Of a DNA stretch of 64,000 nt, positions 24,601 through 35,395 are shown one piece after another. Position 1 is the first letter of the stretch. Each line of letters starts with the position of its first letter. Location of the stretch: the NCBI GenBank assembly GCA_964016885.1, contig OZ024744.1:5208001-5272000 (forward strand), given 5' to 3'. A program made the position numbers and the translations under genes. Source of the DNA: Eledone cirrhosa (taxonomy: Eukaryota). The notes below the pieces were generated by a model. It was not told the DNA's origin, did not search any database, and worked only from the letters and a program-made list of their open reading frames with translations.

Positions 24601-25834
24601 AATGAGGTTGGTAGCAGAGGTCTATGTTGGTAGACAGTGGTGTTGGTAGCATAGGTCTATCTTGGTAGACAGTGGTGTTGGTAGCAGAGGTCTATGTTGG
24701 TAGACAGTGGTGTTGGTAGTAGAGGTCTATCTTGGTAGACAGTGGTGTTGGTAGCAGATGTCTATCTTGGTAGACAGTGGTGTTGGTAGCAGAGGTCTAT
24801 CTTGGTAGACAGTGGTGTTGGTAGCAAATATCTATCTTGGTAGACAGTGTTGTTGGTAGCAGAGTTCTATGTTGGTAGACAGTGGTGTTGGTAGCAGAGG
24901 TCTATCTTGGTAGACAGTGAGGGTGGTTGCAGAGGTCTATCTTGGTAGACAGTGGTGTTGGTAGCAGAGGTCTATCTTGGTAGACAGTGAGGTTGGTATC
25001 AGAGGTCTATCTTGGTAGACAGTGAGGTTGGTAACAGAGGTCTATGTTGGTAGACAGTGGTGTTGGTAGCATAGGTCTATCTTGGTAGACAGTGGTGTTG
25101 GTAGCAGAGGTCTATGTTGGTAGACAGTGGTGTTGGTAGTAGAGGTCTATCTTGGTAGACAGTGGTGTTGGTAGCAGATGTCTATCTTGGTAGACAGTGG
25201 TGTTGGTAGCAGAGGTTAATCTTGGTAGACAGTGGTGTTGGTAGCAGAGGTCTATGTTGGTAGACAGTGGTGTTGATAGCAGAGGTTAATCTTGGTAGAC
25301 AGTGGTGTTGGTAGCAGAGGTCTATCTTGGTAGACAGTGGTGTTGGTAGAAGAGGTCTATCTTGGTAGACAGTGGTGTTGGTAGCAGAGATCTATGTTGG
25401 TAGACAGTGGTGTTGGTAGCAGAGGTCTATCTTAGTAGACAGTGGTGTTGGTAGCAGAGGTCTATCTTGGTAGACAGTGAAGTTGGTAGCAGAGGTCTAT
25501 CTTGGTAGACAGTGAGGTTGGTAGCAGAGGTCTATCTTGGTAGACAGTGGTGTTGGTAGCAGAGGTCTATCTTGGTAGACAGTGAGGTTGGTAACAGAGG
25601 TCTATCTTGGTAGACAGTGGTGTTGTAGCAGAGGTCTATCTCGGTAGACAGTGAAGTTGGTAGCAGAGGTCTATGCTGGTAGACAGTGGTGTTGGTAGCA
25701 GAGGTCTATCTTGGTAGACAGTGGTGTTGGTAGCAGAGGTCTATCTTGGTAGACAGTGCTGTTGGTAGCAGAGGTCTATGTTGGTAGACAGTGAGGTTAG
25801 TAGCAGAGGTCTATCTTGGTAGATAGTGATGTTG

Positions 25835-28800
25835 GTAGCAGAGGTCTATCTTGGTAGACAGTGATGTTGGTAGAAGAGGTCTATGTTGGTAGAAAGTGAG
25901 GTTGGTAGCAGAGATCTATCTTGGTAGACAGTGGTGTTGGTAGCAGAGGTATATCTTGGTAGACAGTGGTGTTGGTAGCAGAGGTCTATATTGGTAGACA
26001 GTGGTGTTGGTAGCAGAGGTCTATGTTGGTAGAAAGTGAGGTTGGTAGCAGAGGTCTATCTTGGTAGACAGTGGTGTTGGTAGCAGAGGTCTATCTTGGT
26101 AGGCAGTGGTGTTGGTAGCATAGGTTTATATTGGTAGACAGTGGTGTTGGTAGAAGAGGTCTATGTTGGTAGACAGTGGTGTTGGTAGCAGAGGTCTATC
26201 TTGGTAGACATTGAGGTTGGTAGCAGACATCTATCTTGGTAGACAGTGGTGTTGGTAGCAGAGGTTTATCTTGGTAGACATTGAGGTTGGTAGCAGAGGT
26301 CTATCTTGGTAGACAGTGGTGTTGGTAGCAGAGGTTATCTTGGTAGACATTGAGGTTGGTAGCAGAGGTCTATCTTGGTAGACAGTGGTGTTGGTAGCAG
26401 AGGTCTATGTTGGTAGACAGTGGTGTTGGTAGCAGAGGTCTATCTTGGTAGACAGTGGTGTTGGTAGCAGAGGTCTATCTTGGTAGACAGTGGTGTTGGT
26501 AGCAGAGGTATATCTTGGTAGACAGTGGTGTTGGTAGCAGAATCTATCTTGGTAGACAGTGGTGTTGGTAGCTGAGGTCTATCTTGGTAGGCAGTGGTGT
26601 TGGTAGCAGAGGTCTATCTTGGTAGACAGTGAGGTTGGTAGCAGAGGTCTATCTTCGTAGACAGTGAGGTTGGTAGCAGAGGTCTATCTTGGTAGACAGT
26701 GGTGTTGGTAGCAGAGGTCTATGTTGGTAGACAGTGAGGTTGGTAGCAGAGGTCTATCTTGGTAGACAGTGAAGTTGGTAGCAGAGGTCTATCTTGGTAG
26801 ACAGTGAGGGTGGTAGCAGAGGTCTATCTTGGTAGACAGTGGTGTTGGTAGCAGAGGTCTATCTTGGTAGACAGTGGTGTTGGTAGCAGACATCTATCTT
26901 GGTAGACAGTGGTGTTGGTAGCAGATGTCTATATTGGTAGACAGTGGTGTTGGTAGCAGAGGTCTATCTTGGTAGGCAGTGGTGTTGGTAGCAGAGGTCT
27001 ATCTTGGTAGACAGTGGTGTTGGTAGCAGAGGTCTATGTTGGTAGACAGTGGTGTTGGTAACAGAGGTCTATCTTGGTAGACAGTGGTGTTGGAAGCAGA
27101 GGTCTATCTTGGTAGACAGTGGTGTTGGTAGCAGAGGTCTATCTTGGTAGACAGTGTTATTGGTAGCAGAGGTCTATCTTGGTAGACAGTGGTGTTGGTA
27201 ACAGAGGTCTATCTTGGTAGACAGTGGTGTTGGTAGCAGAAGTATATCTTGGTAGACAGTGATGTTAGTAGAATAGGTCTATGTTGGTAGAAAGTGAGGT
27301 TGGTAGCAGAGGTCTATCTTGGTAGACAGTGGTGTTGGTAGCAGAGGTTTATATTGGTAGACAGTGGTGTTGGTAGCAGAGGTCTATATTGGTAGACATT
27401 GAGGTTGGTAGCAGAGGTCTATCTTGGTAGACAGTGGTGTTGGTAGCAGAGGTCTATGTTGGTAGACAGTGGTGTTGGTAGCAGAGGTCTATCTTGGTAG
27501 ACAGTGGTGTTGGTAGCAGAGGTCTATATTGGTAGACAGTGGTGTTGGTAGCAGAGGTCTATCTTGGTAGACAGTGAGGTTGGTAGCAGAGGTCTATCTT
27601 GGTAGACAGTGAGGTTGGTAGCAGAGGTCTATCTTGGTAGATAGTGGTGTTGGTAGCAGAGGTCTATGTTGGTAGACAGTGAGGTTGGTAGCAGAGGTCT
27701 ATCTTGGTAGACAGTGAGGGTGGTAGTAGAGGTCTATCTTGGTAGACAGTGGTGTTGGTAGCAGAGGTCTATGTTGGTAGACAGTGGTGTTTTTAGCAGA
27801 GGTTAATCTTGGTAGACAGTGGTGTTGGTAGCAGAGGTCTATCTTGGTAGACAGTGGTGTTGGTAGCAGAGGTCTATCTTGGTAGACAGTGGTGTTGGTA
27901 GCAGAGGTCTATCTTGGTAGACAGTGGTGTTGGTAGCAGAGGTCTATCTTGGTAGACAGTGGTGTTGGTAGCAGAGGTCTATGTTGGTAGACAGTGAGGT
28001 TGGTAGCAGAGGTCTATGTTGGTAGACAGTGGTGTTGGTAGCAGAGGTCTATCTTGGTAGACAGTGGTGTTGGTAGAAGAGGTCTATGTTGGTAGACAGT
28101 GAGGTTGGTAGCAGAGGTCTATCTTGGTAGACAGTGAGGTTGGTAGCAGAGGTCTATCTTGGTAGACAGTGGTGGTGGTAGCAGAGGTCTATCTTGGTAG
28201 ACAGTGGTGTTGGTAGCCGAGGTCCATCTTGGTAGACAATCAGGGTGGTAGCAGAGGTCTATGTTGGTAGACAGTGGTGTTGGTAGCAGAGGTCTATGTT
28301 GGTAGACAGTGGTGTTGGTAGCAGAGGTCTATCTTGGTAGACAGTGGTGTTGGTAGCAGAGGTCTATCTTGGTAGACAGTGGTGTTGGTAGCCGAGGTCT
28401 ATCTTGGTAGACAATCAGGGTGGTAGCAGAGGTCTATGTTGGTAGACAGTGGTGTTGGTAGCAGAGGTCTATGTTGGTAGACAGTGGTGTTGGTAGCAGA
28501 GCTCTACCTTGGTAGACAGTGGTGTTGGTAGCAGAGGTCTATCTTGGTAGACAGTGGTGGTGGTAGCAAGGTCTATCTTGGTAGACAGTGGTGTTGGTAG
28601 CAGAGGTCTATGTTGGTAGACAGTGGTGTTGGTAGCAGAGGTCTATCTTGGTAGACAGTGGTGTTGGTAACAGAGGTCTATCTTGGTAGACAGTGGTGTT
28701 GGTAGCAGAGGTCTATCTTGGTAGACAGTGGTGTTTGTAGCAGATGTCTATCTTGGTAGACAGTGGTGTTGGTAGCAGAGGTCTATCTTGGTTGACAGTG

Positions 28801-30810
28801 GTGTTGGTAGCAGAGGTCTATCTTGGTAGACAGTGGTGTTGGTAGCAGAGGTCTATCTTGGTAGACAGTGGTGTTGGTAACAGAGGTCTATCTTGGTAGA
28901 CAGTGGTGTTGGTAGCAGAGGTCTATCTTGGTAGACAGTGGTGTTGGTAGCAGATGTCTATCTTGGTAGACAGTGGTGTTGGTAGCAGAGGTCTATCTTG
29001 GTTGACAGTGGTGTTGGTAGCAGAGGTCTATCTTGGTAGACAGTGGTGTTGGTAGCAGATGTCTATCTTGGTAGACAGTGGTGTTGGTAGCCGAGGTCTA
29101 TCTTGGTAGACAATCAGGGTGGTAGCAGAGGTCTATGTTGGTAGACAGTGGTGTTGGTAGCAGAGGTCTATGTTGGTAGACAGTGGTGTTGGTAGCAGAG
29201 CTCTACCTTGGTAGACAGTGGTGTTGGTAGCAGAGGTCTATCTTGGTAGACAGTGGTGGTGGTAGCAAGGTCTATGTTGGTAGACAGTGGTGTTGGTAGC
29301 AGAGGTCTATGTTGGTAGACAGTGGTGTTGGTAGCAGATGTCTATCTTGGTAGACAGTGGTGTTGGTAGCAGAGGTCTATCTTGGTTGACAGTGGTGTTG
29401 GTAGCAGAGGTCTATCTTGGTAGACAGTGGTGTTGGTAGCAGATGTCTATCTTGGTAGACAGTGGTGTTGGTAGCAGAGGTCTATGTTGGTAGACAGTGG
29501 TGTTGGTAGCAGAATCTATCTTGGTAGACAGTGGTGTTGGTAGCAGAATCTATCTTGGTAGACAGTGGTGTTGGTCGCAGAGGTCTATCTTGGTAGACAG
29601 TGAGGTTGGTAGCAGAGGTCTATCTTGGTAGACAGTGGTGTTGGTAGCAGAGGTCTATCTTGGTAGACAGTGGTGTTGGTAGCAGAATCTATCTTGGTAG
29701 ACAGTGGTGTTGGTCGCAGAGGTCTATCTTGGTAGACAGTGAGGTTGGTAGCAGAGGTCTATCTTGGTAGACAGTGGTGTTGGTAGCAGAGGTCTATCTT
29801 GGTAGACAGTGATGTTGGTAGAAGAGGTCTATGTTGGTAGAAAGTGAGGTTGGTAGCAGAGATCTATCTTGGTAGACAGTGGTGTTGGTAGCAGAGGTAT
29901 ATCTTGGTAGACAGTGGTGTTGGTAGCAGAGGTCTATATTGGTAGACAGTGGTGTTGGTAGCAGAGGTCTATGTTGGTAGAAAGTGAGGTTGGTAGCAGA
30001 GGTCTATCTTGGTAGACAGTGGTGTTGGTAGCAGAGGTCTATCTTGGTAGGCAGTGGTGTTGGTAGCATAGGTTTATATTGGTAGACAGTGGTGTTGGTA
30101 GAAGAGGTCTATGTTGGTAGACAGTGGTGTTGGTAGCAGAGGTCTATCTTGGTAGACATTGAGGTTGGTAGCAGACATCTATCTTGGTAGACAGTGGTGT
30201 TGGTAGCAGAGGTTTATCTTGGTAGACATTGAGGTTGGTAGCAGAGGTCTATCTTGGTAGACAGTGGTGTTGGTAGCAGAGGTTATCTTGGTAGACATTG
30301 AGGTTGGTAGCAGAGGTCTATCTTGGTAGACAGTGGTGTTGGTAGCAGAGGTCTATGTTGGTAGACAGTGGTGTTGGTAGCAGAGGTCTATCTTGGTAGA
30401 CAGTGGTGTTGGTAGCAGAGGTCTATCTTGGTAGACAGTGGTGTTGGTAGCAGAGGTATATCTTGGTAGACAGTGGTGTTGGTAGCAGAATCTATCTTGG
30501 TAGACAGTGGTGTTGGTAGCTGAGGTCTATCTTGGTAGGCAGTGGTGTTGGTAGCAGAGGTCTATCTTGGTAGACAGTGAGGTTGGTAGCAGAGGTCTAT
30601 CTTCGTAGACAGTGAGGTTGGTAGCAGAGGTCTATCTTGGTAGACAGTGGTGTTGGTAGCAGAGGTCTATGTTGGTAGACAGTGAGGTTGGTAGCAGAGG
30701 TCTATCTTGGTAGACAGTGAAGTTGGTAGCAGAGGTCTATCTTGGTAGACAGTGAGGGTGGTAGCAGAGGTCTATCTTGGTAGACAGTGGTGTTGGTAGC
30801 AGAGGTCTAT
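25835..30810. repeat. Dispersed ~1 kb duplication: ~25835-26860 repeated at ~29783-30810 (offset 3,948 bp)
   Basis: GAGATCTATC at 25911/29859 and the GAGGTTATC deletion at 26331/30279 share the offset. GCATAGGTTTATATT, GACATC and the AGAATC deletion follow in the same order in both copies. Confidence 0.88.
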
Positions 30811-33789
30811 CTTGGTAGACAGTGAGGTTGGTAGCAGAGGTCTATCTTGGTAGACAGTGGTGTTGGTAGCAGAGGTCTATCTTGGTAGACAGTGGGGTGG
30901 GTAGCAGAGGTCTATCTTGGTAGACAGTGGTGTTGGTAGCAGAGGTCTATCTTGGTAGACAGTGGTGTTGGTAGCAGAGGTCTATGTTGGTAGACAGTGG
31001 TGTTGGTAGCAGAGGTTAATCTTGGTAGACAGTGGTGTTGGTAGCAGAGGTCTATCTTGGTAGACAGTGGTGTTGGTAGCAGAGATCTATCTTGGTAGAC
31101 AGTAGTGTTGGTAGCAGAGGTCTATGTTGGTAGACAGTGGTGTTTGTAGCAGAGGTCTATGTTGGTAGACAGTGGTGTTGGAAGCAGAGGTCTATCTTAG
31201 TAGACAGTGGTGTTGGTACATAGGTCTATGTTGGTAGACAGTGAGGTTGGTAGCAGAGGTCTATATTGGTAGACAGTGAGGTTGGTAGCAGAGGTCTATC
31301 TTGGTAGACAGTGAGGTTGGTAGCAGAGCTCTATCTTGGTAGAAAGTGGTGTTGGTAGCAGAGGTCTATGTTGGTAGACAGTGGTGTTGGTAGCAGAGGT
31401 TTATCTTGGTAGACAGTGGTGTTGGTAGCAGAGGTCTATGTTGGTAGACAGTGGTGTTGGTAGCAGAGGTATATCTTGGTAGGCAGTGGTGTTGGTAGCA
31501 GAGCTCTATCTTGGTAGACAGTGGTGTTGGTAGCAGAGGTCTTTCTTGGTAGACAGTGGTGTTGCTAGCAGAGGTCTATGTTGGTAGAAAGTGAGGTTGG
31601 TAGCTGAGGTCTATGTTGGTAGACAGTGGTGTTGGTAGCAGAAGTCTATCTTGGTAGACTGTGAGGTTGGTAGCAGAGGTCTATCTTGGTAGACAGTGGT
31701 GTTGGTAGCAGAGGTCTATCTTGGTAGACAGTGGTGTTGGTAGCAGAGGTCTATCTTGGTAGACAGTGGTGTTGGTAGCAGAGGTCTATCTTGGTAGACA
31801 GTGGTGTTGGTAGCAGAGGTCTATCTTGGTAGACAGTGGTGTTGGTAGCAGAGGTCTATCTTGGTAGACAGTGGTGTTGGTAGCAGAGGTCTATCTTGGT
31901 AGACAGTGGTGTTGCTAGCAGAGGTCTATCTTGGTAGACAGTGGTGTTGGTAGCAAAGGTCTATGTTGGTAGACAGTGAGGTTGGTAGCAAAGGTCTATC
32001 TTGGTAGACAGTGAGGGTGCTTGCAGAGGTCTATCTTGGTAGACAGTGGTGTTGGTAGCAGAGGTCTATCTTGGTAGACAGTGAGGTTGGTATCAGAGGT
32101 CTATCTTGGTAGACAGTGAGGTTGGTAGCAGAGGTCTATGTTGGTAGACAGTGGTGTTGGTAGCATAGGTCTATCTTGGTAGACAGTGGTGTTGGTAGCA
32201 GAGGTCTATGTTGGTAGACAGTGGTGTTGGTAGTAGAGGTCTATCTTGCTAGACAGTGGTGTTGGTAGCAGATGTCTATCTTGGTAGACAGTGGTGTTGG
32301 TAGCAGAGGTCTATCTTGGTAGACAGTGGTGTTGGTAGCAGATATCTATCTTGGTAGACAGTGGTTTTGGTAGCAGAGGTCTATGTTGGTAGACAGTGGT
32401 GTTGGTAGCAGAGGTCTATCTTGGTAGTCAGTGGTGTTGGTAGCAGAGGTCTATCTTGGTAGACAGTGGTGTTGGTAGCAGAGGTCTATCTTGGTAGACA
32501 GTGGTGTTGGTAGCAGAGGTCTATGTTGGTAGAAAGTGAGGTTTGTAGCAGAGGTCTATGTTGGTAGACAGTGGTGTTGGTAGCAGAGGTCTATCTTGGT
32601 AGACAGTGGTGTTGGTAGAAGAGGTCTATGTTGGTAGACAGTGAGGTTGGTAGCAGAGGTCTATCTTGGCAGACAGTGAGGTTGGTAGCAGAGGTCTATG
32701 TTGGTAGACAGTGGTGTTGGTAGCAGAGGTCTATGTTGGTAGACAGTGGTGTTGCTAGCAGAGGTCTATCTTGGTAGACAGTGGTGTTGGTAGCAGAGGT
32801 CTATCTTGGTAGACAGTGGTTTTGGTAGCAGAGGTCTATATTGGTAGACAGTGGTGTTGGTAGTAGAGGTCTATCTTGGTAGACAGTGGTGTTGGTAGCA
32901 GATGTCTATCTTGGTAGACAGTGGTGTTGGTAGCAGAGGTCTATCTTGGTAGACAGTGGTGTTGGTAGCAGAGGTCTATCTTGGTAGACAGTGGTGTTGG
33001 TAGCAGAGGTCTATCTTGGTAGACAGTGTTGTTGGTAGCAGAGGTCTATCTTGGTAGACAGTGGTGTTGGTAGCAGACATCTATCTTGGTAGACAGTGGT
33101 GTTGGTAGCAGATGTCTATCTTGGTAGACAGTGGTGTTGGTAGCAGAGGTCTATCTTGGTAGGCAGTGGTGTTGGTAGCAGAGGTCTAACTTGGTAGACA
33201 GTGGTGTTGGTAGCAGAGGTCTATGTTGGTAGACAGTGGTGTTGGTAACAGAGGTCTATCTTGGTAGACAGTGGTGTTGGAAGCAGAGGTCTATCTTGGT
33301 AGACAGTGGTGTTGGTAGCAGAGGTCTATCTTGGTAGACAGTGTTATTGGTAGCAGAGGTCTATCTTGGTAGACAGTGGTGTTGGTAACAGAGGTCTATC
33401 TTGGTAGACAGTGGTGTTGGTAGCAGAAGTATATCTTGGTAGACAGTGATGTTAGTAGAATAGGTCTATGTTGGTAGAAAGTGAGGTTGGTAGCAGAGGT
33501 CTATCTTGGTAGACAGTGGTGTTGGTAGCAGAGGTTTATATTGGTAGACAGTGGTGTTGGTATCAGAGGTCTATCTTGGTAGACATTGAGGTTGGTAGCA
33601 GAGGTCTATCTTGGTAGACAGTGGTGTTGGTAGCAGAGGTCTATGTTGGTAGACAGTGGTGTTGGTAGCAGAGGTCTATCTTGGTAGACAGTGGTGTTGG
33701 TAGCAGAGGTCTATATTGGTAGACAGTGGTGTTGGTAGCAGAGGTCTATCTTGGTAGACAGTGAGGTTGGTAGCAGAGGTCTATCTTGG

Positions 33790-35290
33790 TAGACAGTGAG
33801 GTTGGTAGCAGAGGTCTATCTTGGTAGATAGTGGTGTTGGTAGCAGAGGTCTATGTTGGTAGACAGTGAGGTTGGTAACATAGGTCTATCTTGGTAGACA
33901 GTGAGGTTGGTAGCAGAGGTCTATCTTGGTAGACAGTGAGGGTGGTAGCAGAGGTCTATCTTGGTAGACAGTGGTGTTGGTAGCAGAGGTCTATGTTGGT
34001 AGACAGTGGTGTTTTTAGCAGAGGTTAATCTTGGTAGACAGTGGTGTTGGTAGCAGAGGTCTATCTTGGTAGACAGTGGTGTTGGTAGCAGAGGTCTATC
34101 TTGGTAGACAGTGGTGTTGGTAGCAGAGGTCTATCTTGGTAGACAGTGGTGTTGGTAGCAGAGGTCTATGTTGGTAGACAGTGAGGTTGGTAGCAGAGGT
34201 CTATGTTGGTAGACAGTGGTGTTGGTAGCAGAGGTCTATCTTGGTAGACAGTGGTGTTGGTAGAAGAGGTCTATGTTGGTAGACAGTGAGGTTGGTAGCA
34301 GAGGTCTATCTTGGTAGACAGTGAGGTTGGTAGCAGAGGTCTATCTTGGTAGACAGTGGTGGTGGTAGCAGAGGTCTATCTTGGTAGACAGTGGTGTTGG
34401 TAGCCGAGGTCTATCTTGGTAGACAATCAGGGTGGTAGCAGAGGTCTATGTTGGTAGACAGTGGTGTTGGTAGCAGAGGTCTATGTTGGTAGACAGTGGT
34501 GTTGGTAGCAGAGGTCTATCTTGGTAGACAGTGGTGTTGGTAGCAGAGGTCTATCTTGGTAGATAGTGGTGTTGGTAGCAGAGGTCTATGTTGGTAGACA
34601 GTGAGGTTGGTAACATAGGTCTATCTTGGTAGACAGTGAGGTTGGTAGCAGAGGTCTATCTTGGTAGACAGTGAGGGTGGTAGCAGAGGTCTATCTTGGT
34701 AGACAGTGGTGTTGGTAGCAGAGGTCTATGTTGGTAGACAGTGGTGTTTTTAGCAGAGGTTAATCTTGGTAGACAGTGGTGTTGGTAGCAGAGGTCTATC
34801 TTGGTAGACAGTGGTGTTTGTAGCAGAGGTCTATCTTGGTAGACAGTGGTGTTGGTAGCAGAGGTCTATCTTGGTAGACAGTGGTGTTGGTAGCAGAGGT
34901 CTATGTTGGTAGACAGTGAGGTTGGTAGCAGAGGTATATGTTGGTAGACAGTGGTGTTGGTAGCAGAGGTCTATCTTGGTAGACAGTGGTGTTGGTAGAA
35001 GAGGTCTATGTTGGTAGACAGTGAGGTTGGTAGCAGAGGTCTATGTTGGTAGACAGTGAGGTTGGTAGCAGAGGTCTATCTTGGTAGACAGTGGTGGTGG
35101 TAGCAGAGGTCTATCTTGGTAGACAGTGGTGTTGGTAGCCGAGGTCTATCTTGGTAGACAATCAGGGTGGTAGCAGAGGTCTATGTTGGTAGACAGTGGT
35201 GTTGGTAGCAGAGGTCTATGTTGGTAGACAGTGGTGTTGGTAGCAGAGGTCTATCTTGGTAGACAGTGGTGTTGGTAGCAGAGGTCTATC
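33790..35290. repeat. Local tandem duplication, period 735 bp (21 monomers)
   Basis: AGATAGTGG 33826/34561, GTTTTTAGC 34011/34746 and CAATCAGGG 34424/35159 are all offset by 735. Confidence 0.9.
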
Positions 35291-35395
35291 TTGGTAGACA
35301 GTGGTGTTGGTAGCCGAGGTCTATCTTGGTAGACAATCAGGGTGGTAGCAGAGGTCTATGTTGGTAGACAGTGGTGTTGGTAGCAGAGGTCTATG

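Larger units (their letters stand above)
1..25830. repeat. Left domain: irregular higher-order repeat, with multi-kb blocks of variant monomers reiterated at offsets of about 5.8, 5.8 and 8.5 kb
   Basis: Marker GGTACTGAGG occurs at 1872, 7714, 13521 and 22022. Marker GGTACC occurs at 3341, 9183, 14955 and 23526. Marker GGTAAACAGA occurs at 701, 12350 and 20851. Flanking variants keep the same order in each copy. Confidence 0.92.
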
